IMG/VR virus record: IMGVR_UViG_3300048591_000147
Span: 62,001-126,000 of that record
Direction: 5' to 3' (one strand)
DNA: 64,000 nt
Shown here: positions 20,745-30,976 of the stretch, in pieces
Position numbering within the stretch: position 1 is the stretch's first letter
Layout: each line of letters starts with the position of its first letter
Position numbers and translations under genes: made by a program
Notes under the pieces: generated by a model
Database searches by the model: none
The model's input: the letters and a program-made list of their open reading frames with translations, nothing else
What the model was told of the DNA's origin: nothing

Positions 20745-21556
20745 ATCTGAAGATTACACCTGATAAGCATTTTCGTAATACGTATCTGTTGGAGGATGGT
20801 AAGGCATTCATCGGCATAGTGCACGAAGACTATTCTGACCTTACTAAAAGAGAACTGTCTTTAACACGTAATCGTATGGCTGTAGAAGACATTCAGGAAA
20901 TTCTGGACTTCATCAAAAGTTACGATAAGTGGTTGACAGACGATCAGTGGTGATGTAGAATTCTTACATGGTCGCAAACATATGAGATTGAAAATCTCAT
21001 TCAACAAAGTTGATATATAGATGTACTAAAGAATAAATGATAACATCGTTTGGCCGATTGGTGCCTCACAAGGGGAACGATGAGCAAGATAAAAGACGAC
21101 TCCATAGTTTGTCTTGGCACTAGAGCGATACTTTACTGGGATATGATATACTCTAGTGAAAAATTAATCCCTCGCGGTTTTTTGAATTGTGAAATGGGTT
21201 TAGAAGTACATCGAGTACGGGTTGTCGAGTCGGCTACTAAGTGGGACTGCCAGCGCGCAAAATATTGCTGGAGGAAGGTAAACCTGCCACACTCGCATTT
21301 CACAATGTTTCATTATCAACTGGAAAGAAAATGGGCTATAAAGAACTTGCTGAAGGATGGCTCGCCAAGAAAGAAAAAGAATTTAGTGTGTTATTGACTA
21401 CTGCCAATGATGCTGTTAGCATTGCTCCCACAACGGTTGAGCAGTTAAACGAAGCGATTGAAAAATCAATGGTTGCCGTCAATAGAGCATTAGTTGTCGC
21501 TCACGAAATAGAGATGGAAAAGCTAAGAATCAAAAAGACTAAATAGTATCATTAAT

Positions 21557-21632
21557 GGCCCGGAAGCTTATTCGGTCAAGCATCGAACTCATAATTCGGA
21601 GAAAGTGGGTTCGAATCCCACACGGGCCACCA
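21557..21632 (+). tRNA. tRNA-CAU (Ile2-like or Met)
   Basis: Cloverleaf with loop CT-CAT-AA; GGCCC acceptor resembles enterobacterial tRNA-Ile2; CCA encoded. Confidence 0.85.
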
Positions 21633-21682
21633 AACTACATGTTGACGGTTACACTAAATAGATGTATGATGGCAACACAACT

Positions 21683-21760
21683 CGGGGATTGGCGCAGTCT
21701 GGCTAGCGCATCTGCTTTGGGAGCAGAGGGTCGTAGGTTCGAATCCTACATTCCCGACCA
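21683..21760 (+). tRNA. tRNA-Pro(UGG)
   Basis: TCTGC-TTTGGGA-GCAGA arm, C1, CCA. Confidence 0.92.
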
Positions 21761-21771
21761 AAATTACATGT

Positions 21772-21848
21772 GCGTCCGTGGCCCGAATGGATTAGGCAAC
21801 GGTCTTCTAAGCCGAACTACGTAGGTTCGAATCCTACCGGGCGCGCCA
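21772..21848 (+). tRNA. tRNA-Arg(UCU)
   Basis: Loop CT-TCT-AA, canonical T arm, CCA. Confidence 0.88.
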
Positions 21849-21853
21849 AATAT

Positions 21854-21930
21854 CTCTCGTTAGCTCAATTGGATAGAGCATCGTCCTTCTAAGACGAGGG
21901 TTACAGGTTCAAATCCTGTACGGGGGGCCA
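21854..21930 (+). tRNA. tRNA-Arg(UCU), second copy
   Basis: TCGTC-CTTCTAA-GACGA arm, CCA. Confidence 0.9.
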
Positions 21931-22064
21931 GTTCTTAGCCAAGGATATAAAATGGAAACCATTAAGCTGATCCTGTCTTCAATCGTAATTCTAATCTTCC
22001 TTGTCCCTTTCTGGTGGACTCTGGTGATTTAATATAAATAGAGGTATTCATAGATGAGTACCTC

Positions 22065-22547
22065 ATGTTCAAATATATTTCAGTAATACTTCTTTCACTA
22101 AGCTTGTTTGCGTGTGCTTCAACAGAAATAAGAGACAAAGCATATCCAACCGCAATAGTCCACAGTACAGAACAAACGGAACAAATCCAACAATCGATAA
22201 AGATAGCATCAAAGAATGACATAGAAACTTCTTTGGGTTTGGTGTTTGATAAAGCTGAATGGACTAGACAAGAAAAAATAGCATTCACATTATCCACGCT
22301 AGCGCACTTAGCCGATCTTGGATCATCTTTGGCTAGTGATGAAAGATGTGAAGAGTCTACACCACTTTTAGGAAAGAATCCAAGTAATGGTGCGCTGATA
22401 GGTGTTAAAGTATTAGCGATAGGATTTGAGTACTGGTTGTATAACAATCCTAGATTCGGTAGTGGTACGCACTTTTATGGCTATACAGCAGCATTGTTCC
22501 ATGGTATAACTGCATATCAAAATAGTAGAAATGATTGTTACGACTAA
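22065..22547 (+). CDS. late-expressed lipoprotein
   Basis: Lipobox LFA-C; TATAAATA at 22033-22040. Confidence 0.7.
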   Translation: MFKYISVILLSLSLFACASTEIRDKAYPTAIVHSTEQTEQIQQSIKIASKNDIETSLGLVFDKAEWTRQEKIAFTLSTLAHLADLGSSLASDERCEESTPLLGKNPSNGALIGVKVLAIGFEYWLYNNPRFGSGTHFYGYTAALFHGITAYQNSRNDCYD

Positions 22548-22659
22548 ATGAGAGATTGACATGGACATTGATGCAGAGTATGATTCAACCTTCAAACAAC
22601 TGATGATCATTACACTAATAGTGCTCATCGCATTCTAATCTAATTTCAGGTAACACAAA

Positions 22660-23175
22660 ATGAACACCAATGTTTACGCAGTTCTGAAGAATGTTGCAAC
22701 CAACAAGACCACTACCGTTCTTGTTCGGAATGGAAAGATTTCTCACCGCCAATGTCACGAAGCTATCAAGCGCGTCAGTAATGGTGATAGCAATCGCTTT
22801 AATATTACCAGCGATAGAACCATCAAGGTGTTGGGATCGACTCTGATCATTACTCCGAATGGACCAACGATTGATAACGTTGATCATATCATTCAGAATT
22901 CCCAGAAGCGTTATACGGTTGTGTACCGTATTGACGAAACCAGTAATAATAACTTCCGAATCAATTATGGTCTGGCATTGACTGCACCTAACGATAATTT
23001 CTCGCGAAAGCTTGGTCGCACTATTGCCACTGGTAGGCTCAATAGTGGTAAGGCTGGAAATGTTTCCAGTATTGAACTCACTGGTGCCAAGATTCCTTCC
23101 AATGGAAAGCAGTGGCATGATCTTGAAAAGTTCATCATGCAAGTGGTAGAATCCAAGCATCGCCGCAAGGGTTGA
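22660..23175 (+). CDS. hypothetical protein
   Basis: 171-aa ORF with a G.AL..P.DNFSRKLGR.IA.GRL segment. Confidence 0.75.
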   Translation: MNTNVYAVLKNVATNKTTTVLVRNGKISHRQCHEAIKRVSNGDSNRFNITSDRTIKVLGSTLIITPNGPTIDNVDHIIQNSQKRYTVVYRIDETSNNNFRINYGLALTAPNDNFSRKLGRTIATGRLNSGKAGNVSSIELTGAKIPSNGKQWHDLEKFIMQVVESKHRRKG

Positions 23176-23372
23176 AATGCTTCAACATCTGGAATGTGAT
23201 TTCAAGATTGGTGAAATGGTGCGCGTGCGAGGTTTAACAGACTTCATGATTGTTAAATCTCTTGCACCTAAACGATCTAATAAGGGCTATACATTCTGGG
23301 AAGTTTATTGCGAAGATGTTGACACTGATGAAGTGAAGATGTATCATGAGTGGCAGATAGTATCTAACGAGG

Positions 23373-23573
23373 ATGATAGCTGATATGAAGAACATTTTGA
23401 TTTTGATCGTGGCTTGTATTGCACTGGTTGGTTGTGGTAAGGCTAGTCGCATGGAAGCAGCACTAACGGGTTATAGTGAAGAATGTGTTGATGGAGTTGT
23501 CTACTTGCAGTTTACATCGGGTGTCACTGTCAAGTATAATCGCGATGGAACACACGCTACCTGTAAAGAATGA
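23373..23573 (+). CDS. small lipoprotein
   Basis: LVG-C lipobox; CVDGVVYLQF...YNRDG motif. Confidence 0.7.
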   Translation: MIADMKNILILIVACIALVGCGKASRMEAALTGYSEECVDGVVYLQFTSGVTVKYNRDGTHATCKE

Positions 23574-23585
23574 GTAGGGATAAAA

Positions 23586-24116
23586 ATGGATCGTATAGTG
23601 CTGACTGCTGATGTGATGGAATCGCTGTATAACGATGACTGGCATATCAATTTTGCTTGCACGAATGATGAATCAGTTCATGGGCTAACTTTAGAAGACA
23701 TTCTAAACATGAGCGATCAGTGGTGGGAACAATGTCATTGCTTCATTCAGATAATTTTCCCCAATCCAATGCCCAGCAAGATGAATCCTGATGCGCCAAT
23801 CATCGAAGACTTCTCAGTGTTTGATGGTGTGCTTAGGTATGAGGTTGCAGTAATGGTTGGAAGGTTCCTCAAGTTCCTTGGTGTGAACATTCGTAAACCA
23901 AAATACAGCAATTATGACAGAGTTGCTGAATGGTTCCGCCCAGATAATCACAACATCCTACGAGTTACAAGGCTGTTGATTTTTCTGAAAGGTGTTGGTA
24001 TGATTGCTGAAATGAACAAGTTGAAAGAGTTTCTGGCAAATTACCAATATGAACTTGCTGATGGTGAATTGCGTAACAGAATGTCATATACAATGACTAT
24101 CTGGCAGAATGTATAA
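23586..24116 (+). CDS. OGFr-like domain protein
   Basis: WEQCHCFIQIIFP, S..NP.AP and NHN.LR.TRLL motifs. Confidence 0.75.
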   Translation: MDRIVLTADVMESLYNDDWHINFACTNDESVHGLTLEDILNMSDQWWEQCHCFIQIIFPNPMPSKMNPDAPIIEDFSVFDGVLRYEVAVMVGRFLKFLGVNIRKPKYSNYDRVAEWFRPDNHNILRVTRLLIFLKGVGMIAEMNKLKEFLANYQYELADGELRNRMSYTMTIWQNV

Positions 24117-24132
24117 ATAGATGTTATGATGT

Positions 24133-24220
24133 GGGCTTGTGGCGAAATTGGTAAACGCGCTAGTCTTAGAAACTAGTCCCTGTAATGGGGTTGTCGGTTC
24201 GAGTCCGACCTAGCCCACCA
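24133..24220 (+). tRNA. tRNA-Leu(UAG)
   Basis: CTAGT-CTTAGAA-ACTAG, long variable arm, CCA; TATAAATA at 24112. Confidence 0.92.
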
Positions 24221-24235
24221 AGAATTGATTTAAAT

Positions 24236-24321
24236 GGGGTTGTGGCGAAATTGGTAGACGCAGCAGACTCAAAATCTGCCGCCCTCTGGGCGTGTCGGTT
24301 CGAGTCCGACCTACCCCACCA
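24236..24321 (+). tRNA. tRNA-Leu(CAA)
   Basis: GCAGA-CTCAAAA-TCTGC, long variable arm, CCA. Confidence 0.92.
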
Positions 24322-24674
24322 AAATAAGAGTATCACAATGCGAAAAATAATGGATCACGTTGATACCTGCAAAGAATGCGGTAGTAAAGAATTAACATGG
24401 TTCACTAGTTTGCAGAATAACGGTAGTGCTGTTGATGGTCGTTTGAAGTTGAATGAGGTTGGCTGTATATTTGTGTTAGGTTGCGACGAATGTTCTGAAA
24501 CCTTACAAATTGTACCCGCTGATCTTGTTGCTTCAGTAATGACAGAAAATCTTCGCTAGATTTTTAGTTGTTGACAAGCACTATATAGTAGTGTATGATT
24601 TAAAAAGTGGTCGAAGTTTAAGGGTTATCTCGCATATAGAAACTAGTCCTTAACGATGTCTTACCACTAAATTT

Positions 24675-24751
24675 GCAGATGTCTTCTAATTGGCTAGGAA
24701 AATTGACTTTCAATCAGTGAAATGACGGTTCGAATCCGTTCATCTGCACCA
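24675..24751 (+). tRNA. tRNA-Glu(UUC)
   Basis: ATTGA-CTTTCAA-TCAGT, CCA. Confidence 0.9.
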
Positions 24752-24768
24752 AAATTTGTAACAAATGT

Positions 24769-24854
24769 GCGCGTATGGCGGAATTGGTAGACGCCCGAGA
24801 CTTAAAATCTTGTTCCCTCTGGGAGTGTCAGTTCGACTCTGACTATGCGCACCA
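24769..24854 (+). tRNA. tRNA-Leu(UAA)
   Basis: Loop CT-TAA-AA, long variable arm, CCA. Confidence 0.9.
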
Positions 24855-24907
24855 AAATTTAGATGTTGACAAACACTAAATAGTACTGTAGAATTTTTAA
24901 GATAGTT

Positions 24908-24992
24908 GGATGTGACGTCACACGGGTAGTGACACCAGTCTGTAAAACTGGCGCCCTCGGGCATATAGGTTCGAGTCCTATGACATCCACCA
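24908..24992 (+). tRNA. tRNA-Tyr(GUA)
   Basis: CCAGT-CTGTAAA-ACTGG, long variable arm, CCA. Confidence 0.88.
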
Positions 24993-25000
24993 GAATGTAA

Positions 25001-25076
25001 GCCCTCTTAGCTCAGAGAAATAGAGCACTCCCGTTCTAGGGAGGGGTCGGTGGTTTAAGTCCATCAGAGGGCGCCA
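25001..25076 (+). tRNA. atypical tRNA with a 6-nt anticodon loop (GTTCTA)
   Basis: Perfect GCCCTCT/AGAGGGC acceptor, D and T arms, CCA; CTCCC/GGGAG encloses only 6 nt. Confidence 0.6.
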
Positions 25077-25297
25077 AAAGTTAAAGTTGTAAGCCGAACG
25101 AGAATAGGTTACCAAACAGAGAGCTAGGACGAGCAACAACAGCGCCTAAAATTGTCTGATACGAACATGCAAATGAGTATCATGTTTCCTTACAAGAATA
25201 TGGAACGTAACCAACAGGACTTAATTGACTTGTGCTGACACGAAAGTTAGCGTCCTATTTTCTTCACCTTGCTTATGATGGTTGTAAAATGAATTAA

Positions 25298-25373
25298 CAG
25301 TGTGTAATGTAGTCTGGTAACATCCAAGCCTTGGACGCTTGTATCGTAGGTTCGAATCCTATCACACTGACCA
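25298..25373 (+). tRNA. tRNA-Pro(UGG), second copy
   Basis: CAAGC-CTTGGAC-GCTTG, CCA. Confidence 0.88.
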
Positions 25374-25562
25374 GTTTGCCAGTATTCTAAAAACTGGACG
25401 TTATAGGTATTACGATACACCTTTCGGGCGGTGCGCTGGACGTTATGCAGTGTGACAATTTTCCGGGCGGTTAGGACAATCCGGTAGCCTCGCTCTAGGC
25501 TAAGATATAACCAACGTACATGGTGAATCTAAAGTTATTAGAAACATGAGTAAAAATTATAT

Positions 25563-25636
25563 GGTCCTGTAACTCAGAGGCAGAGTGTTGGTGTTACATA
25601 CCAAAAGCGAGATTTCGAAATTCTCCGGGACTACCA
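25563..25636 (+). tRNA. tRNA-Val(UAC)
   Basis: TTGGT-GTTACAT-ACCAA, CCA; weak T stem. Confidence 0.75.
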
Positions 25637-25640
25637 AATT

Positions 25641-25759
25641 TATATAAAGTCTATCGGTCTAATTCTGATTCAGCATTACAGATATATCGAAATAGTCTAA
25701 TTAACTATCGATAAAATGCTAGAGGACACATTGACGATGTCTTCGGTAGACTTTATATG
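25641..25759 (+). ncRNA. candidate structured RNA within the tRNA cluster
   Basis: 16-bp closing helix (25641-25656 with 25744-25759) enclosing further hairpins; no ORF. Confidence 0.5.
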
Positions 25760-25813
25760 TTTCTTACGAAACAAGCAACGCAGTTGATATAAATAGATTA
25801 AAATGTATACGAT

Positions 25814-25893
25814 GGGGTATGGGACTGCTGGGGGTGGTCACTTCACTTGCAATGAAGCTAAACAGGAGGGTTCGAATCCCTCATGCTCCACCA
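25814..25893 (+). tRNA. tRNA-Ala(UGC)
   Basis: CTTCA-CTTGCAA-TGAAG; G3:U70 Ala identity pair; CCA. Confidence 0.9.
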
Positions 25894-25903
25894 AGAATAC
25901 TGT

Positions 25904-25981
25904 AGCGGGATAAAATCAGCCCGGAAGATTGGCAGCCTCATAAGCTGTTACGCATTGGTTCAAATCCAATTCCCGCTACCA
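25904..25981 (+). tRNA. tRNA-Met(CAU)
   Basis: GCAGC-CTCATAA-GCTGT, CCA. Confidence 0.85.
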
Positions 25982-26005
25982 ATATTAGTTTCAAAAAGTT
26001 TCAGT

Positions 26006-26082
26006 GGTGGCTATAGTGTAATGGTTTCGCACAAGAGGCTGTGAACCTCTGAGAGAAAGTTCAAATCTTTCTAGTCACACCA
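26006..26082 (+). tRNA. tRNA-His(GUG)
   Basis: AGAGG-CTGTGAA-CCTCT; G-1 present; CCA. Confidence 0.85.
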
Positions 26083-26089
26083 AAATTGC

Positions 26090-26178
26090 GCCGGGGTAGC
26101 CAAGTGGTTGACGGCAATTGATTTGTAATCAATCGGGCTTTACGCCCCTCGCAGGTTCGAATCCTGTCCCCGGCTCCA
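26090..26178 (+). tRNA. tRNA-Tyr(GUA), second copy
   Basis: ATTGA-TTTGTAA-TCAAT, long variable arm, CCA. Confidence 0.9.
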
Positions 26179-26887
26179 ATTCTTTATTTCTAAAGTTATA
26201 AATCTTCATATCTATTCCAAGCAATTTAGCCCGCTTCCTGATAGAATTATCGGACACTCCAAATTTCTTTCCAACTGTGATTACAGGGAACTTAAGTAGT
26301 AGCTGTTCCAATTCTTCTTTAGTTACTGTAAATTTCAATGGTCTTTCATATTTTTCCAGTGGACTTGTTCTTTCATATTTCTTCACTCTCATTTTATTTT
26401 TACCACCCCATGTTTTGGTTTGGCTGTGGCAATTTGGACACAGAAAACATAAATTTTCTATACGATGATCATTAGAAACCCCATTTACGTGTTCTAACTG
26501 AAGTACTATTGGCTTTTCATTGTAAGTATTGATTATACCACAATCTCTGCAAATATATGGGATCAATTTATCAGTGATAACTCTTGCCTTAATGATTCCT
26601 CTAGTAATTTTACTATTGTCATGAAACATAGTTTCTGAACAATGTTTATGTGATGTTATAATATTATTCATATGTCTTTCTTTGTTCAATTTGTAATTAA
26701 TATTAAATTGATCAAGATTTACACTATCTTCTTTGATACGTTCATTCAAGGTAATGTAATTACCTGAAGAATAGCTAGAAAAAATTTTGAGTATGATTTC
26801 TTTATATGAATGATTTTCATCAAACAGTTTTTGAAACTCTTGTCTGCTTAGTTTCCATATTTTTGACCTTTTGACTTTTTGTTTCAT
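26129..26887 (-). CDS. HNH homing endonuclease with C-terminal HTH-like tail
   Basis: LQLEHVNGVSNDHRIENLCFLCPNCHSQT; TATAAATA at 26911-26918 (minus strand) and GGAG RBS. Confidence 0.85.
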   Translation of the reverse strand: MKQKVKRSKIWKLSRQEFQKLFDENHSYKEIILKIFSSYSSGNYITLNERIKEDSVNLDQFNINYKLNKERHMNNIITSHKHCSETMFHDNSKITRGIIKARVITDKLIPYICRDCGIINTYNEKPIVLQLEHVNGVSNDHRIENLCFLCPNCHSQTKTWGGKNKMRVKKYERTSPLEKYERPLKFTVTKEELEQLLLKFPVITVGKKFGVSDNSIRKRAKLLGIDMKIYNFRNKELEPGTGFEPARGVKPD

Positions 26888-28049
26888 TGTGAATTGCTCC
26901 TTGTTTATTCTATTTATAGCTGGTGCAATTCACTGTGCGATATGGTATCATGTTTTTGATAAATATATTTTTCGCAAATAATTAAAACTCTGGCAGGTAA
27001 CGTACCTTACGCCATAAGTGAAAAAACGTAACGGGAGTAGAGTCCTCCTAGCAATTTGCGAATTCTTCTGCTACAATCCCCCCTCCACACAATCAAGAAA
27101 AAGATCATGGAACTACAAATTGGTGATCGTGTAAAATATTATTCCATCACATCCAATTATGTTGGGACGGGTGTCATTGATGAGATTGGTGAAAAGAATG
27201 GCATGGTCGTTTATGACGTGCAACTAGACAACGGCGATCTGCGCTGGGGTTATGTTGATCAATTCAAAAGGGTGTAACCAAATGCCAATCAGAAACAACA
27301 TCAACTTTCTCGTAACCGATATCAAAGCATGTTGCAAGCGAAATAATATAGATATCACGCAGAAAATCGCCATAGCACTCATGGTGGAGTGGCTTGTAAC
27401 TGGTTGTGAACCAGACGATCTGCAAGATGTTTTCACAGAAAATGGTATTATCGATCCACCAAATGTTTGGGATTCTACGCTAGATGTACTCGAATATTTT
27501 GAAAGACTGAATCTCACGGTCCTGATCAAGCATATTGATTATACCAATAAGGGTGTGTCATATGTTAAATTTGATTTGGGTGGTGAACAGGCATATCTAG
27601 ATTTCTATATGACCCCATATCGTTCGGATTTTGTCAACGGATCATATGGTATTCGATTGATCGCAAATACTGATGGTTGGGTTAAAGGGTAATACCTGTT
27701 GACAAGGTTAAGCAGCCCATAGTATAATTGTTTCTCACTAGATTGATGGACCTTAAAATGACTAATGACCCAGTAACCGTAGACCTTGAGTCAACCCTTG
27801 ATTCAATCATGCGTCGAATCGGGGAAATGTCGCACCCAGATTGTTTTGATGACGTCAGGAACGATGCGAAGGAATTCATTGAAGAGGGTTGGTTGCCCAG
27901 TGAAATTGTGGATCATCTTCGTTGCCGTGAAGAAGTTGACAAAGAGCTTGAAGAAGATGTAGCATTGGCACGAATGGCTGTTATTGAGAAACGTGTTGAG
28001 GCACGGTTGCGCGCTGAACGTAATCAGCACTAAATAGGAATACATTTAT

Positions 28050-28138
28050 GGTAGTCTGGCCGTCTGGCTGAAGGCACCCGACTGATAATCGGTGAGTCTA
28101 ACGACTCTAGGTAGGTTCGATCCCTACGGCTACCACCA
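28050..28138 (+). tRNA. tRNA with GAU (Ile) anticodon and long variable arm
   Basis: Loop CT-GAT-AA; variable hairpin GAGTC-TAAC-GACTC; CCA. Confidence 0.8.
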
Positions 28139-28249
28139 ATATGCTGGAACACTCTTAAATATATTGTATAAATATATAACATAATAGTAGTTGACAGCAT
28201 CGCAATACAATGCTATGCTGTCTCCACACTAACAAGAAAGGAGAAAGCC

Positions 28250-28876
28250 ATGTATACGAAGCTCCTACTTCGTAGTATCTTGATCATGCTGTTCATCACT
28301 GAAGTCGGTTTCTTAGTGTTGCTGTCAGGATTCAACCCACATAACATCTACGCCAAAGAAGACGTAGCACTACCTGTACCCACCTTTTACTCTGTCGATG
28401 AAGTAGAAGAGCGACTGAGGCTCACAGAAGCAGCAACGGAAATCGTTGTTGAAAATCATGTAACATATATCAACGAGAAGGAATATGAATGTCTGGTAAA
28501 GAACATCTATTTCGAAGCACGTAACCAACCAATCAAAGGTAAGCAAGCTATTGCTGCTGTGACGTTGACCAGAGCAAACCACAAGAATTTCCCCAATACC
28601 ATTTGTAAGGTTGTTGCAGAGCAACGTAAACGTGGTGTGTGTCAGTTTTCATGGATGTGTGACGGTAAGTCTGACAATCCCAATCTTGATTCTAAAGAAG
28701 AACTGGCAGCGTGGAAACGTGCTAACGCAGTTGCTGAAGATGCTTTGCTTGGAAAGCTTGATAATATGCTTGACGGTGTAACCCATTTTCATGCATCATA
28801 TGTGAATCCAAGTTGGGCACGTAAGTTGACCAAGATTGGTAAAATTGGCGATCATATCTTTTATAAGGAAACATGA
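28250..28876 (+). CDS. SleB-like cell wall hydrolase
   Basis: ECLVKNIYFEARNQ, FPNTIC.VV, CQFSW, THFHA.YVNPSWA and IGDHIFY motifs. Confidence 0.9.
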   Translation: MYTKLLLRSILIMLFITEVGFLVLLSGFNPHNIYAKEDVALPVPTFYSVDEVEERLRLTEAATEIVVENHVTYINEKEYECLVKNIYFEARNQPIKGKQAIAAVTLTRANHKNFPNTICKVVAEQRKRGVCQFSWMCDGKSDNPNLDSKEELAAWKRANAVAEDALLGKLDNMLDGVTHFHASYVNPSWARKLTKIGKIGDHIFYKET

Positions 28877-30034
28877 ACATGGAACTCTTGTCTGATTTTT
28901 CCAATGATGTGCGAAAGATCGCCAGTGATATGCGCAAATATGCGAAGAAGTCTAAAGATGCTCCATATTTGTTGAATACTGCGACAAGACTTGAACGATT
29001 GGCAGAATCGTATAAAGAAACTGCTTGGGAAATTTCCATGGGCGAAGATCTGTGACATGAATGTCATCGTATCTACACATGCTGTTCAAAGATTGCGAGA
29101 GAGATTCTTCAATTACTTTCCAGTGTCATGCTTTTATACTAAGGCAGATACAAGAGCATTAATCTGCGCACAGATGAAACATGCTGTAAAACTTCGTGAG
29201 TGGAAGATGGTCCCGTTCTATGTTAATATGATGGGATGGAAGCATGGTCCTAACATTGAAGTGTATTATCGTGCTCCAGTATTCTACTTTGTGGAAGAAA
29301 CCGCAGAGAGAATGTGTGTGGTCACGGTGACCAAGAACTTTAGAAAGAATGAGAAAAAGAAATGAGCATTAAAGCAGTAGTTAGTATTAAGGGTAGTATT
29401 CGCAAGTTCTTTACTGGTGATGGTGTGTTGGGTAGCACACAAAGGGATGTGCATTTCATGAATGAGGTTGATGTAGAATCTTATGTCAAGATGAAGTTGC
29501 TATCTGGACATGAGTGCGCTATACTCTCAGCCGAACAGTTCGCATTCAATGAATTGATCCCCACATTCACAAAACCCTAATAATAACGTAAGGAAACAAG
29601 ATGACAAACGCATATAAGAAGGTAGTTGGGCTGCGCAAGATTTACTGGAACTTTTTCAATAATGGTCGTAGATTTCAGTTCGATCCGAACAAGCGTACAG
29701 TAGATATCAAGAACATGCCCACGACATTAGGTGATGTGCATCGCGAGTTGGTTCGCTCTGCAAATTCACCTTCTGTATTTCTTTTGAATGAACTCGGCGA
29801 ATCAATCGCCTGATCATGAGCGAGAAAAGACTACACCTATGGTATACCACGGGGATGAAAGGTATACCATGGGCAGTTTGCGGGAAATGTGGTTTGATTA
29901 GACTGAAGAATACAAAGACTGATAAGAAAGTTAGACAAGCTTGTCCGGGTTCTGAAGAAGACAAATAGTAGTTGACGAATCCCTGTTGGTTGCGGTAGAA
30001 TAAAATCTACTTCAATTAACAGGGATTTTTATTT

Positions 30035-30487
30035 ATGGCGACCTTCTCCAGAGCCCTCCAGATCGCTGTAGAAGCGCATTTCAATGTCTTAGACAAAGGT
30101 GGGCACTCCTACATTTTGCATCCCATACGGATCGCCATGCGCCTTCGTACACCGGATGAAGAACTGATGTCTGCTGCGGTCCTGCATGACGTCATCGAAG
30201 ACTCTAATGTTACCTTTGAGGATTTGTATAACTTTGGTTTCTCAGACCGAGTTGTTGGCATTCTCCGTCTTCTCACTCATCAAAAGGGTGTATCATACGA
30301 ACAGTACATCGAAAACATGCGTGGTAACTTGGGCGCACTACTGATCAAACGTGAGGACTTGCGTGATAACTCTGATATCACCCGATTGAAGAGTAAGGAA
30401 CCCACTGCAAAGGATATTGAGCGAATCATGAAATACCAGCGTGCATTCCTCAAAGTTGAAGCATTCATAAAGGAATTGATGCCATGA
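30035..30487 (+). CDS. HD-domain hydrolase (RelA/SpoT hydrolase-like)
   Basis: AH...DKGG.SY..HP.R.A and AAVLHDVIEDS motifs. Confidence 0.8.
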   Translation: MATFSRALQIAVEAHFNVLDKGGHSYILHPIRIAMRLRTPDEELMSAAVLHDVIEDSNVTFEDLYNFGFSDRVVGILRLLTHQKGVSYEQYIENMRGNLGALLIKREDLRDNSDITRLKSKEPTAKDIERIMKYQRAFLKVEAFIKELMP

Positions 30488-30856
30488 TTATCTATCACAC
30501 AGCAACTTTATTAATTCATACTGATTTGGATGAAGATGTATTACTACGCGAAATGGGTAAGTCTGACTGGATACTTGCATGTGCAAGTACAATAAATAAT
30601 GGCGCTGGCGCTAAATACTATTTCTACAAAGACATACCGAATTATTAATCAGGAGATGAACAATGAGTGAACAGCACGCTGATATCTTGGCAATCTTGGA
30701 AGTTTCTTGCCATGAATTGTTTGCATCGCCAGCGAATTCTGTTATACTTATTCCAGATGGCGAGGACGAACCTTGTGGTGAAGTTTACTTCCGCAATGAT
30801 AGGTTTGGTGCTCGTTTCGGTGACTACAATAAATCTCCAATCAAAAAGGTACTACC

Positions 30857-30976
30857 GTGATCAAGAATTCGCCAGTTGCAAAAAACATGAACAAGTTCAA
30901 CAAGCCCGCTGTGCATCGTGATCGCAAGGCGCAGTATTCCCGCAAGCATAAGCACAAAAAATCCGATCTACAATGA
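30857..30976 (+). CDS. small basic protein (ArfA-like C-terminus)
   Basis: 39 aa: MIKNSPVAKNMNKFNKPAVHRDRKAQYSRKHKHKKSDLQ; overlaps both neighbours. Confidence 0.55.
   Translation: MIKNSPVAKNMNKFNKPAVHRDRKAQYSRKHKHKKSDLQ

Noticed and set aside
21555-24964. ORFs 21555..21824 and 24740..24964, and the 5' part of 24185..24559
   Set aside because: They run through tRNA genes; the real start of the last is the ATG at 24338
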